Shown: positions 1 through 9,564, numbered from the stretch's first letter. The stretch is 54,774 nt of DNA from a virus (IMGVR_UViG_3300027896_002339:1-54774); one strand, 5' to 3'. Program-made: numbers and translations. The notes: generated from the sequence alone by a model not told the origin.

Positions 1-51
1 TTCATTCTAAAAGTTTCCTTTTAGAAGCTCAATATACTTTATAGTACGTTT
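1..51 (-). ncRNA. 5' part of group I intron (trnL-type) in tRNA-Leu(UAA); continues off the left edge
   Basis: After exon ...GGGACUU the sequence is AAACGUACUAUAAAGUAUAUUGAGC-UUCUAAAAG-GAAA-CUUUUAGAA. P1 (CUUAA/UUGAG) places a U.G pair at the splice site and P2 is a 9-bp GAAA hairpin, resembling the AUUGAGC...GGAAAC start of cyanobacterial/plastid trnL introns. Confidence 0.85.
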
Positions 52-85
52 AAGTCCCGTGCGTATGCCATTCCGCCACCGTGGC
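52..85 (-). tRNA. trnL: tRNA-Leu(UAA) 5' exon
   Basis: GCCACGG-TG-GCG-GAATGGCATA-CGC-A-CGGGA-CTT gives acceptor 5' strand, Leu-type D arm and anticodon stem 5' strand. The expected AAAATCCCG continuation is absent because the intron follows. Confidence 0.85.
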
Positions 86-101
86 AATTTGAGTCTTTCT
101 A

Positions 102-719
102 TTATTTATTCTTCTTTTGGTTTTTTCCTATCGCAGGACATGTTCCAGGAACCATACATTTATAGTATTGGTGCCCAACTTTCCCAGTAAAGGATTTGCA
201 CTTTCTGCATTCTTTCTTTATCTTGACTTTCTTCTTAGCTTCCTCTACAACTATAGGAGTTCCATGAAGAATACAATCAATGGAAATAATTCTCATTCCA
301 CTTCCAAAGTTATCATAGTTATCCATTTTAGGACAAGTACAATGAGGAGCCTGATACCACCATGTATGGAACTTAGCATCTTTTGAGAACTTCCAAGCTT
401 TTTGCATAGCAAATTCAAGCTTTTCAAGCTTCTTTACATATGGATGAAGTTCTTCTCTTGTTGAGAGCTTCTCCATCTTTTCAAACATCTGCAATCTTTT
501 GATGTGAAGTTTTCTCAGAACCTTTATAGCTCTTACTCCTATCCCTTGCTGTAAGATAAGACCCGGATTTAGAGCCATTTCTATTTTACCATTATATTCA
601 ATAGTTATTAAATCTTTGAATTCTTTCCATGTTTTACCAATATCTGATTTAGGATCCCAGTTAACTCTGGTACCATCAAACTTTTTTGCTGAATCTTTTA
701 GCAACTTTAATACGTTCAT
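102..719 (-). CDS. hypothetical phage protein with CxCPKMDN...CxxHG motif
   Basis: 205-aa ORF in a tightly packed minus-strand operon; Cys/His clusters. Confidence 0.75.
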   Translation of the reverse strand: MNVLKLLKDSAKKFDGTRVNWDPKSDIGKTWKEFKDLITIEYNGKIEMALNPGLILQQGIGVRAIKVLRKLHIKRLQMFEKMEKLSTREELHPYVKKLEKLEFAMQKAWKFSKDAKFHTWWYQAPHCTCPKMDNYDNFGSGMRIISIDCILHGTPIVVEEAKKKVKIKKECRKCKSFTGKVGHQYYKCMVPGTCPAIGKNQKKNK

Positions 720-1162
720 GTTTTCCTTTTCGTTATCTTGAAATTGATTAGTTCTTGCAAACCTCTTATTTTTAAAGTATCAAATTTAAATCGTATATTT
801 TCCCATTTCTGTTTCATGACATATTGGAATCCAATCTTACTCTTAGTATCTAGTACTATTGGAGCAGCAAGGTTAGCAGATACATCATCAGAAGTACCAA
901 TAGAAACTATGCATATCACTGCTATATCTTTCTCATCAGTATTCTTAAGAAATTCTTTCCAGTCATCATTTAATATTATTGAATAGTCAGGTTCAATTAA
1001 TATTGGATCAACACATATAAATGCATATCCTTTTGATACCATACCAATTACATCGCCACCAACACTAGCAAAATTTGAAATTCCATATTCTCTTACATCT
1101 TCAAATCCCATTATTCCAATTGGAAAATTATATGTTCCTGATAGATGATTGATATCAATCAC
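716..1162 (-). CDS. fliW: FliW-like flagellar assembly factor / CsrA antagonist
   Basis: FPxGIxGFE at the N-terminus, F-x-x-VDP...PDY, and SANLAAPIVLD...GxQ at the C-terminus; 148 aa is typical FliW size. Confidence 0.85.
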   Translation of the reverse strand: MIDINHLSGTYNFPIGIMGFEDVREYGISNFASVGGDVIGMVSKGYAFICVDPILIEPDYSIILNDDWKEFLKNTDEKDIAVICIVSIGTSDDVSANLAAPIVLDTKSKIGFQYVMKQKWENIRFKFDTLKIRGLQELINFKITKRKT

Positions 1163-1180
1163 AACTCAACTCCTTTAAAA

Positions 1181-1381
1181 CTATTTCTTATTGATTACCT
1201 GATTCCATTGATTAGTAGCTTGTTCACCAAATTGTTTGATCTGTTCAAGTTTAACTTGACATTCAAGCTGTTTAGTTTTCTGTCTGCTACTATCTTCAAT
1301 ACTATCACAAATAAGACCCACCACAACCACAACTGCAACGATAATCAATATTATTGCTACTGGATGTTTAAAACCTCTCAT
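1181..1381 (-). CDS. small single-TM membrane protein
   Basis: Hydrophobic VAIILIIVAVVVVVGLI; AGGAG SD upstream. Confidence 0.7.
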   Translation of the reverse strand: MRGFKHPVAIILIIVAVVVVVGLICDSIEDSSRQKTKQLECQVKLEQIKQFGEQATNQWNQVINKK

Positions 1382-1626
1382 ATATAATCTCCTACGTCTT
1401 GTGGTATATGTTTCATACTTTTCAGTTCATCCATTGGGATACCCCAGTCATTATCATGTTTTACAGCTCGATCGAAATGCAATCTACCAATTTCTTCACA
1501 CTTCTCTCTGTTTGTGAATCTACCCCACTGCCATCCATCTTTATGTAAAGTATACCTGTAATGAAGTCCATCAACTGGACAATTAAATTCTATTACATTA
1601 AACTCGTATTTTATCTCTTCTGGCAT
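1378..1626 (-). CDS. hypothetical protein
   Basis: 82-aa ORF, translationally coupled to neighbours. Confidence 0.7.
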   Translation of the reverse strand: MPEEIKYEFNVIEFNCPVDGLHYRYTLHKDGWQWGRFTNREKCEEIGRLHFDRAVKHDNDWGIPMDELKSMKHIPQDVGDYI

Positions 1627-1805
1627 TATCGATTCTTCCTGTGTTCTCTTTTCTTTGCATACTTGTTTTTCTTTGCATCTTGTACATTTGCAGGAATATT
1701 CATTTCCTTAGCAATATTTTTAAAGTTCAGATACAGTAGTTCATTTCCCACACCACGATCTACCTTCATTACATCACTGACATATTCTGAAACAATATTA
1801 TTCAT
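1626..1805 (-). CDS. hypothetical basic protein
   Basis: Start reassigned to ATG 1805 (MNNIVSEY) with AAGGAG SD immediately after the def stop. Confidence 0.6.
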   Translation of the reverse strand: MNNIVSEYVSDVMKVDRGVGNELLYLNFKNIAKEMNIPANVQDAKKNKYAKKREHRKNR

Positions 1806-1806
1806 G

Positions 1807-2358
1807 TTACTCCTTTGCTCCACAGCATTTTTTATACTTCTTTCCACTCTTACAAGGACACGGTTCGTTTCTACCAATCTTATCATTTGACTTTATAGGA
1901 ACACATTCAATTTTTCTATCATGAAAAACAATACCATTATGATGATCTATTTCATGTTGAACAGCGATTGCTGTGATATCTTTCTGAGGATCATCAGTAT
2001 GGAAATATTGCCTTTCAATTCTAAAATTGTTATCTTCTATTACATGGTTGTCTATGACAACATCGTAATATCTTTCTGTATTACAATATTGTTCAGGGAA
2101 AGATAAACAACCTTCACCCACGAAAGTAAATTTATTTGATAACTCTACTATCTTGGGATTGATTAAAATGAATGTTCCAGCTTTCGTTGTAATTACAGAA
2201 ACTTGTTCTGGATATCCAATTTGAATAGCTGAAAGACCAATCGCAGTATCATGTTTCTTTATTTCTGCAAGAAGCAATGAAACAGTATTTCGTGCATCGC
2301 CAACATTAGTAACTGGTTCAGATTTTACTTTCAACGCGTTTACATCTGTCACTATCAT
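1807..2358 (-). CDS. def: peptide deformylase with C-terminal SEC-C motif
   Basis: Motifs [13 protein letters not shown] and QHEIDH, plus [18 protein letters not shown]. Confidence 0.93.
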   Translation of the reverse strand: MIVTDVNALKVKSEPVTNVGDARNTVSLLLAEIKKHDTAIGLSAIQIGYPEQVSVITTKAGTFILINPKIVELSNKFTFVGEGCLSFPEQYCNTERYYDVVIDNHVIEDNNFRIERQYFHTDDPQKDITAIAVQHEIDHHNGIVFHDRKIECVPIKSNDKIGRNEPCPCKSGKKYKKCCGAKE

Positions 2359-2780
2359 ATTATGTTTCTTTTCTTTGCTAGTTCATATGCAAGAACATAT
2401 GTTGATTGATTAGAATTTCGTTCATAGAATTGCCACGATATAAAAAATAATTTACTAACTATATAAACAATAAATAAATTTAATTCTTTAGCTTTATTTA
2501 TTGCCCACATTTGAGCGAACAATTCTCTTTCGACTCGATCATTGTAATAATCAGTTAGATCATGAAGATGACCCATTTCATGAAGCAATAAACATTTCTG
2601 TTTAATATTGCCTATTTTTGACCAGTATTCTTTATTTAGATAAATAGTTTTATTAGGTGCCATCCATGCACCGAAGTCATTCAAGCGAGACCACTCACTA
2701 CTTTTAGGATCGTAAAAAATAAACGGGTGTTCAGACCCATTTATTTTACGAATAAAAGTTTTGACTTGGTCCGCATTCAT
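2355..2780 (-). CDS. putative zincin metallopeptidase (ImmA/IrrE-like)
   Basis: LLHEMGH motif with downstream ExxAxxWA. Confidence 0.6.
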   Translation of the reverse strand: MNADQVKTFIRKINGSEHPFIFYDPKSSEWSRLNDFGAWMAPNKTIYLNKEYWSKIGNIKQKCLLLHEMGHLHDLTDYYNDRVERELFAQMWAINKAKELNLFIVYIVSKLFFISWQFYERNSNQSTYVLAYELAKKRNII

Positions 2781-2782
2781 TT

Positions 2783-3004
2783 TTATATTAGTTTAGTACA
2801 ATCCGAACATTCAAATTTAATAAACTTTTCATTAACCATGCGTCTTTTATCTGCAGGTATTTCATAAAAAGGAACAACAACATTATTCTCATCGATAACT
2901 ACTTTCCTAATTTTCTTAGGAACTAGATCTTTGTTTTCTTTATCTGGTCCTTCGTTATATTTAAACTGCTTTTTACATTTATGACATTGTACTTCTTCCT
3001 TCAT
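2783..3004 (-). CDS. small zinc-ribbon-like protein
   Basis: Two CxxC pairs, at the N- and C-termini; AGGAG SD. Confidence 0.65.
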   Translation of the reverse strand: MKEEVQCHKCKKQFKYNEGPDKENKDLVPKKIRKVVIDENNVVVPFYEIPADKRRMVNEKFIKFECSDCTKLI

Positions 3005-3207
3005 GATTTAATCTCCTTTTTATTTATTCCCTTTGGCGATATTCTTTTCCAAGTACTAAACAATCTTCTACCTTCAGCCATTGAAACTATTAGATTCTCT
3101 TTTAGCATTCTTGATACACAATCTTCTTCGCTATTGGATGTATCGATTATATCTTTCATAGCTTTAATTTTTGGGTTGATCATAACTATGCCTTTGGTAT
3201 GAAACAA
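3001..3207 (-). CDS. hypothetical protein (start uncertain)
   Basis: 68-aa ORF within the operon. Confidence 0.55.
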   Translation of the reverse strand: MFHTKGIVMINPKIKAMKDIIDTSNSEEDCVSRMLKENLIVSMAEGRRLFSTWKRISPKGINKKEIKS

Positions 3208-3368
3208 CGATCAATTTGTTTGAACTTGACTTCATAGATATTATATGAAGGATATATATTTGACACTTGAACATGACTCAGCTTTTCTTTCAGTTCTGCT
3301 AACGTCTTTCCTGTGGCAACGACACTATCTTCATACGTCCCAACAAACGGCTCCAATTTAAATTCCAT
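3186..3368 (-). CDS. hypothetical protein
   Basis: Start reassigned to ATG 3368 (MEFKL) with AAGGAG SD. Confidence 0.6.
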   Translation of the reverse strand: MEFKLEPFVGTYEDSVVATGKTLAELKEKLSHVQVSNIYPSYNIYEVKFKQIDRCFIPKA

Positions 3369-3379
3369 ACTTAATCTCC

Positions 3380-3619
3380 TTATATTTTTGTAGCTAACCA
3401 TACTCCAATTACACAACCAAACGTGCAACCTATACTATATATTATTCTATTTTTCCAATTGCTTATCGCAAGCTTTGTTACTACAAAACTATACACTAAG
3501 TTAGTCATAAAGCATGATACAATTATACCAGGATAATGTGCTCTACTGGTGTAGTAAACATTTGCTGATAAGAATAGTAATTGAAAGAACCCTATTATGA
3601 AAAGCATTGTATCTTTCAT
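3380..3619 (-). CDS. small multi-TM membrane protein
   Basis: Three hydrophobic segments in 79 aa. Confidence 0.7.
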   Translation of the reverse strand: MKDTMLFIIGFFQLLFLSANVYYTSRAHYPGIIVSCFMTNLVYSFVVTKLAISNWKNRIIYSIGCTFGCVIGVWLATKI

Positions 3620-4122
3620 TTTATTAGTTGCACCGAAGGAATGTTCAGTATCCCTTTCTGAAGATAGATATAGAACCTTGTCATATCTGATAGATCTATC
3701 GGGTTATGTGTTTCTAATTCCTCAATTGATTTCCATTCCATGTTCGAATGTTTATGTGGTTCTGCATTAGTAGGAATTCCTGCATATTCATAGACATCAA
3801 ATAGATAACTTTCAATATATGTTTTTATTCCTTGCCCTCTATCGTAGGTTTTTGCGAACATTCCCAGTGTTGTCAAACCAACAGAGTCGATATTGATTTC
3901 TTCTTTAAGTTCAATTCTCAAACCTAACTTGATTGTATGCATATCACCATGTGCACATTTACCAACAGGGATAGTCCAAAATTGATATTTCTTATGGAAG
4001 AATACTAATATCAAATTATGATTTTCATGGTGATGTACTACGGCACCAACTCCGATATGATCCTTAATATCTTCAGCTGTAACTAACGGATTGCTGCTAG
4101 CGTAATGAATAGAAGAATTCAC
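3616..4122 (-). CDS. Nudix-fold hydrolase (degenerate Nudix box)
   Basis: GVGAVV...WTIPVGK...RIELKEEINI...NAEPHKH..W; GGAGG SD. Confidence 0.75.
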   Translation of the reverse strand: MNSSIHYASSNPLVTAEDIKDHIGVGAVVHHHENHNLILVFFHKKYQFWTIPVGKCAHGDMHTIKLGLRIELKEEINIDSVGLTTLGMFAKTYDRGQGIKTYIESYLFDVYEYAGIPTNAEPHKHSNMEWKSIEELETHNPIDLSDMTRFYIYLQKGILNIPSVQLIK

Positions 4123-4543
4123 TAAATACCCTCCCTATTTTTTCAAAGAACGTTTCAGTACGAAGTAATGATTTATCATAAACTGGATCATCAGAATTGA
4201 ATGGAGGATCATCGTTATAATAACTATAAACTCTAGGTGCCTTCTCAATATTCTCTCTTTTGTTGATAGTTTTCTTGTATCCAACCGACTTTTCAGAAAG
4301 TGTAGAAACAAAAACTGTTATAGATTTTGCTACCGCACCAACTTTAATCTCCAGGTGAATAGGTATTATTTGTAATGATCCATTATCTGAATAATGGAAT
4401 AATTTTATTACCTGTTCTCCAAGAGGCGAGCACGGGTCTATGGTATGACATTTTGTTTTCCCATTTATTACACTGGGATATTTAATAGTGATCAAATTCA
4501 AATTCCTTTCTGCTTTTAAATTGCTGATCAAACTGTTATTCAA
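4097..4543 (-). CDS. hypothetical protein
   Basis: 148-aa ORF with TTG start directly after a repeated TATATATA motif. Confidence 0.6.
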   Translation of the reverse strand: MNNSLISNLKAERNLNLITIKYPSVINGKTKCHTIDPCSPLGEQVIKLFHYSDNGSLQIIPIHLEIKVGAVAKSITVFVSTLSEKSVGYKKTINKRENIEKAPRVYSYYNDDPPFNSDDPVYDKSLLRTETFFEKIGRVFSEFFYSLR

Positions 4544-4544
4544 T

Positions 4545-4564
4545 AATAAATATATATAGAAATC
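4545..4564 (-). promoter_or_regulatory. candidate early promoter GATTTCTATATATATTTATT
   Basis: Identical 20-mer at 19222-19241; both copies head minus-strand accessory operons. Confidence 0.6.
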
Positions 4565-4715
4565 GTTCGGGTTTTAAGGTTTCATAATTTTCTTAATTGC
4601 GTTGTTAATTTTGGATGAAAGCAATTGTTTTCTTCCACAAGTAGGACAGCCACCTCGTCTAGGAGTTTGAGGGATTAAAGTTGGAGTCCCGGTTCTTCTA
4701 GAATGTAACTGAATC

Positions 4716-6830
4716 TTAGTAAGAGCGTTTAGGTCTAACATTTTTAGGTACTCCAAAGAATTCAAATGACATCTTCGCTTTATACTCTGGTACGTTCCAA
4801 TTCTCTGGATTAACTGGAGCATATATTTTATTATTAATTCTGGTCTTGTTGTTAATAATACAAACATTACTTATGAATACTGTATCTTCAAATGTATTAA
4901 CAAGAGCTATACTATGAATCCATTTACTTGCATTGGTTTCATTGTATTGAAGATCTAGTTTACCTGTCAATCCAACTGTGTAACAATCGAATCTATGAGA
5001 AGGATAGTGACAGTGACCCATGATAGTATTTCTACCATACGTTCTAAATATCTTATCTAGTTTACTACCACCAGTTTGCCCGAACATAAACATATCACCA
5101 TGAACATAAGTGGCGTTACCAATCTTCTTCATCTGTTTCATATTGATTACTTCAATAGACTCATCAGCAATACCATTAATGAATTTGAAATCCAACAGCT
5201 CTTCAAATTGAGGAAACTTTAAATACATATCTTCGTAAAATCGTTCATGATTTCCTAGAAGTAATATTCTTCTCTTTGCCCAAGTTGTCATTCTTTTCAG
5301 AACAAAGTAATTGGTTGCTGATTCTTCTAGAAGACTCTTCTTAAGTCTCATACCACCTATCTGTTTAAAGATATGATGATTGATAGAAGTATTTCCACAG
5401 AGGTCTCCAAGATTTACATGGACGTGAGGTTTATAATCTCTACATATTTGCTCTTGAATATCCAGCACACTACTGTCATGTAGATCGCAATGGATGTCAC
5501 TATTGATAACAGTTTTTTCTTCTGGTTCAAGTATCTCCTTTTCGGTTATAATCTTATCGAAATAAGATGTGGTAAAACCTTTACTTGTTTTATGTATTCT
5601 GCATGATACGATTGAATAGTCACCTTTAGAATCAATATGAACAACCAGAATACCTTGTTGCCATGTCTTATATAGATGTTCCATTCTCCTGTATTTTTTA
5701 TAACCAACAGGGAATGTTTGCTTGACGGTTCTTCCATCAGTATAATCTTGCTGTTTTACAGTATACACTATATGGTTTTCACATAGGCAACCAGGACTTG
5801 CAATAACAGAGAATGTTCCTTCATCGCTGCATCTAGTATCTAATTCATGCCGATGAAGATTGCATACAGTACTTGATTCAAAATACTCTGGTGTTATAGA
5901 TCTTGATATTGGAGTTTGAACATAATCTTGAATTAGGTCTTGGTTTGTTATAGTTAGTTTGGTACCGAGAATAATTTCTTTTCTAACTATATCATGAAGA
6001 ATCTTATTCTTCGCTAGCGTCTTTAATTCTTCTTCTTTAGCTATAATAGTAAGATTTGTAAAGTCATTCCAGTTATAGTTTGAAGTGTCATCATCGTCCA
6101 AGAAATGCCCAACATGAATAACTTTCTTTGCTTTTAAATGCTTTGATAAGGTAGTGATTAATTTGAACACACCACTTCTTGTATGCTTTCCGTGCGTATC
6201 TCCGCAAATTATATAAGTTCCTTCACCTAATACTTTAGAACTAGGATAAGAAAATCCGATCTGTTCTAATTCGTATAGAGCTCGTTTCTTTAGTTCCGTA
6301 AACGATAGTGGTAAGGTTTTATTCTGCAAAATTACCCTGTTAAGAAACTCTTCTTTCGTTAACTCTTTTATTCTACTAATTTCGTGTCGTCCAAGCTCAA
6401 TGATACCTTTAACAAGGTTATCTGTAAATGCTGAATCAATAACTTCCTGTGTGATAGCAGTTTTTCTACCACCTTTCTTAATCAGTGTTTCTAATTCCTT
6501 TTCCCAGTCCGGATGTCTTTTAATCATACTAGCAATAGCGGGTAATGTTGTATTTAATTTAATTGCTATTTCTTTATATGGAACCCCAGCCTTTTTTAAA
6601 GTAAATAGTTGAATTAGATCTTTATCTTCCCAATAAGCTGTTCTATTTTTTGGTGGTTTACTTTTTCCCAAAAAATAATCCCAATTAACTCGATCATACT
6701 TGACGCGACAATCTTCCCCTTTAAGACCCTTAGAATCTATTTTTTCAGCTATCTGATTCCATGTCAATCCTAAATTTCTTAAATCATATAATGATTTTGT
6801 TAGTTCTGAATTCCATTTATAACGATTCAT
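4716..6830 (-). CDS. HTH/Myb-like N-terminus plus tandem calcineurin-like metallophosphoesterase domains
   Basis: Two W-x-x-x-x...L..LR..G..W/Y..IA repeats; GDTHG/GHFLD in the first domain; SDIH, GDL, GNHE, HGD and GHCH in the second. Confidence 0.75.
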   Translation of the reverse strand: MNRYKWNSELTKSLYDLRNLGLTWNQIAEKIDSKGLKGEDCRVKYDRVNWDYFLGKSKPPKNRTAYWEDKDLIQLFTLKKAGVPYKEIAIKLNTTLPAIASMIKRHPDWEKELETLIKKGGRKTAITQEVIDSAFTDNLVKGIIELGRHEISRIKELTKEEFLNRVILQNKTLPLSFTELKKRALYELEQIGFSYPSSKVLGEGTYIICGDTHGKHTRSGVFKLITTLSKHLKAKKVIHVGHFLDDDDTSNYNWNDFTNLTIIAKEEELKTLAKNKILHDIVRKEIILGTKLTITNQDLIQDYVQTPISRSITPEYFESSTVCNLHRHELDTRCSDEGTFSVIASPGCLCENHIVYTVKQQDYTDGRTVKQTFPVGYKKYRRMEHLYKTWQQGILVVHIDSKGDYSIVSCRIHKTSKGFTTSYFDKIITEKEILEPEEKTVINSDIHCDLHDSSVLDIQEQICRDYKPHVHVNLGDLCGNTSINHHIFKQIGGMRLKKSLLEESATNYFVLKRMTTWAKRRILLLGNHERFYEDMYLKFPQFEELLDFKFINGIADESIEVINMKQMKKIGNATYVHGDMFMFGQTGGSKLDKIFRTYGRNTIMGHCHYPSHRFDCYTVGLTGKLDLQYNETNASKWIHSIALVNTFEDTVFISNVCIINNKTRINNKIYAPVNPENWNVPEYKAKMSFEFFGVPKNVRPKRSY

Positions 6831-6996
6831 GATACCTCTTATTTAAATTAGATAGGGAGTAATTCTTAATAGATAGCGAATTGAATGTATATCATATTGT
6901 ATCTGAAGAAATTAAATACCTTCTACCTTTAATATTTATTCCAAATAAAAGGGAAATACTTCATAATCAAATATAGTTTTGAAACCTTAGAATATA

Positions 6997-7005
6997 GAAC
7001 AAAAT
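6997..7005 (+). promoter_or_regulatory. candidate late promoter GAAYAAAWT
   Basis: One of ~17 intergenic, gene-oriented copies (see findings). Confidence 0.5.
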
Positions 7006-7011
7006 AATGAT

Positions 7012-7515
7012 ATGAAAGCAATTAATCAATTTTTGTGTGAAGCATCTCAAAAGTATTTTATATACCTTGATATGGATGGTGTGATCTGTGATATGGATGC
7101 TCAATTTGAGAAGCTTGGTAAAGGTCCGATAGATGGTATTGTAAAACGAGGTGGTGCTGGAATGTTCTTTGCTATGGTTGCTAAAGAAGGAATTAAATTC
7201 TGGAGTGAGATGCCATGGACAAAAGATGGAAAACAATTGTGGCACTTCGTTAAACAATACCCATGCAGTATTTTGAGCGCGCCAACTAAAACTAGATCCA
7301 GTTTCATTGGTAAAGATATGTGGGTTAATGAACATCTAGGCAAGAATGTTAAACGAATCTTTGATAGGCATAAATACAAATATGCTTCACCGGATTCCAT
7401 ATTAATAGACGACATGGAAAAGAATATTAAACCGTGGATAGAAGCTGGTGGAATAGGAATCTTGCATACTGATACTGAAACTACTATAAAGAAACTGAAA
7501 GAAATTATGATATGA
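7012..7515 (+). CDS. HAD-family 5'(3')-deoxyribonucleotidase-like protein
   Basis: DMDGVICD motif I, ILSAP, K..W, LIDD...N...W...GG.GI. Confidence 0.85.
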   Translation: MKAINQFLCEASQKYFIYLDMDGVICDMDAQFEKLGKGPIDGIVKRGGAGMFFAMVAKEGIKFWSEMPWTKDGKQLWHFVKQYPCSILSAPTKTRSSFIGKDMWVNEHLGKNVKRIFDRHKYKYASPDSILIDDMEKNIKPWIEAGGIGILHTDTETTIKKLKEIMI

Positions 7516-7877
7516 ACCCGTACGGTAACAGCACTTCTACATTCAATATAAATGATTTTTTCAACTGGCATAAAACAGTTAAAAACAATATCAATAATCC
7601 AAATGGACCAGGTCATACTGTAGTTGAATTGGATAGTATTAAACCTGGCGAGATAATTATCATGCGGCAGTTTGCACCAAATACTAGACCTATTGAAGTT
7701 GGTCGAATGAATACAATAGCAGGTCAAAATAGATTATCACTAGATAAAGATTTTAAGGGTATTGTAGTTGGAAAACCAAAAGATGGAGTTAAGAAGTTTG
7801 AAATTGTATATGTTGGTTTCTCCGAAGAAGAGAAAAAGACGTTAACAGAAATGGAATCGAAGGTTAATAAAGTTTAA
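7512..7877 (+). CDS. hypothetical protein
   Basis: 121-aa ORF with ATGA overlap. Confidence 0.7.
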   Translation: MNPYGNSTSTFNINDFFNWHKTVKNNINNPNGPGHTVVELDSIKPGEIIIMRQFAPNTRPIEVGRMNTIAGQNRLSLDKDFKGIVVGKPKDGVKKFEIVYVGFSEEEKKTLTEMESKVNKV

Positions 7878-7920
7878 AATCAGAACAAAAATAAAATTTT
7901 AACTGCAAGGAATATTTGAT

Positions 7921-9171
7921 ATGACTATAAAAAACAATAATCGTTGGGCGGAAAGAAGAGCATTGATGGATTGCGTAATGCTTGGTAATTATGATGTTAG
8001 TGATAAAGTTGGTATTACCGAGTGGATTGAGAGTTTGTCTGACGATAAAGTTTTAGAGCTTTCAGAATCTATAGTGTATTCTGTATCAGATAATGAATCA
8101 AAGAATATTCTTGAATCTGGTTATATGTCTTCTATGGCAGCTAAGTCTACTAGTCATGTAATGTCTGAAAATCTTCTGAGAGAGAGAGCTTATAGTATAA
8201 TACAAGAAGCAGATGAAGGTCAACCAATGATTGATGTTGATAAATTATTGAAACATGGTGGTGGCACTGTTGTTGCTGTTGCTGCTTTAAAAGCGTGGAT
8301 TATAGATCCTGAACAAGGTGAAAAAATCATGCTGCAGCTAAAAAGAATTTCCTCTACAGAATATGATAAAGGAGCTGAAATTTTTAATAGAATGGCACAC
8401 ACTTGGAAAATAACCCAAGCCCACAGAAATTTAAGTTGGGCAGAAAAAGCGATAGATCATAGTTTAGGTGCACCTGATCCTGATAAAATAAAGGGAGCTA
8501 AAGAAGCATTGGCTAAATTAGAGAAAGATGGACCTACAGAAATTTTTCCTAGAATTGCTTCATATGTGAATCGAATGAAAAGAGTTGCTAGAAAAATAAC
8601 TAATTTAAATAATGCAACAGCTGCTCCTGGGAATGTTTCTGGTGTAAATACTGCAAGAAAAGAACTAGATAGAGAAATTAAAAAAGCTGGTATAGCATGG
8701 GATAAACACAATCGTGATGGTGGCGCTGACGCTTTAAAATCAAAAGGAGTTGCTGCATTGAAATCCACTGCTACTAAAGCTTCATATCTTATATTGCTTG
8801 TTGGAATTACAGGAACTATAATTTGGGCATATAATCTATATAAAAATATGATTAAAGGTGCTGGAGCTGCATGTAAGAAGCTAAAGAAGAATGATCACAC
8901 TATATGTGTTTTGAATTATAAGATTAGAGCATGTGATCAATTTATTTCTGAATTAAGAGGAGCTCTGCCTGCATGTGAAAAACACAAGAATCCAGATAGA
9001 TGCAATCATAGTATCCAAACACATATTTGGAATTGGACGAGAAAGAAAAAGGCGTTTCAAGAGAAATTACATGTAATGATGGCAGTTCATCCTAATGTAC
9101 CGATTACTACTCCTGGCGCAACCCGTGCTACACCAGGAGCAGAATCAAGTATCTTTAGAAACAGAATGTGA
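7921..9171 (+). CDS. putative virion/internal protein with hydrophobic segment and Cys-rich C-terminal domain
   Basis: 416 aa; acidic ILE/IQE-containing N-terminus, one TM-like stretch, five C-terminal Cys; late motif upstream at 7883. Confidence 0.6.
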   Translation: MTIKNNNRWAERRALMDCVMLGNYDVSDKVGITEWIESLSDDKVLELSESIVYSVSDNESKNILESGYMSSMAAKSTSHVMSENLLRERAYSIIQEADEGQPMIDVDKLLKHGGGTVVAVAALKAWIIDPEQGEKIMLQLKRISSTEYDKGAEIFNRMAHTWKITQAHRNLSWAEKAIDHSLGAPDPDKIKGAKEALAKLEKDGPTEIFPRIASYVNRMKRVARKITNLNNATAAPGNVSGVNTARKELDREIKKAGIAWDKHNRDGGADALKSKGVAALKSTATKASYLILLVGITGTIIWAYNLYKNMIKGAGAACKKLKKNDHTICVLNYKIRACDQFISELRGALPACEKHKNPDRCNHSIQTHIWNWTRKKKAFQEKLHVMMAVHPNVPITTPGATRATPGAESSIFRNRM

Positions 9172-9173
9172 TA

Positions 9174-9488
9174 TTACTTAGCAAGCGAGAGATTGGGGAT
9201 ATTTGGAACTACTTTAGCTGTTACAATTTTACTTGTAATTCTATTGTATTCTGCGATGATATCTGCATTCTCGCTATAGAACATAATCATTGTTTTGCTG
9301 AGTGTGATTTCTTCACCGGGACCAGTAGCAAATGGGTTAAAAGGTGAGAACCTGATACCCATTTTCTGATCCTGGAATACTGTATTCACAATGAGTGCTT
9401 CCTTGACGATAATATCCATCATAGATTCATTTATTACTTCTGCTGCTATTACTTCACCGCTGACTAGTTTGATCAATTTTGCTGACAT
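9174..9488 (-). CDS. Sm-like fold phage protein
   Basis: KLIKLVSGEVIAAEV N-terminus typical of T4-like Sm-fold small proteins; AAGGAG SD. Confidence 0.6.
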   Translation of the reverse strand: MSAKLIKLVSGEVIAAEVINESMMDIIVKEALIVNTVFQDQKMGIRFSPFNPFATGPGEEITLSKTMIMFYSENADIIAEYNRITSKIVTAKVVPNIPNLSLAK

Positions 9489-9564
9489 GTTTCTAACTCC
9501 TTTAGTTTGTTTATAAGTACCGCAATACTTTATTTATTCTATAGTCATTGAAAAGGTTTCTATT

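Noticed and set aside
4574-4867. 97-aa ORF with CPTCG motif
   Set aside because: Half overlaps the phosphoesterase gene and there is no supported start for the free 3' part. It may be a real small gene, but I cannot support boundaries.
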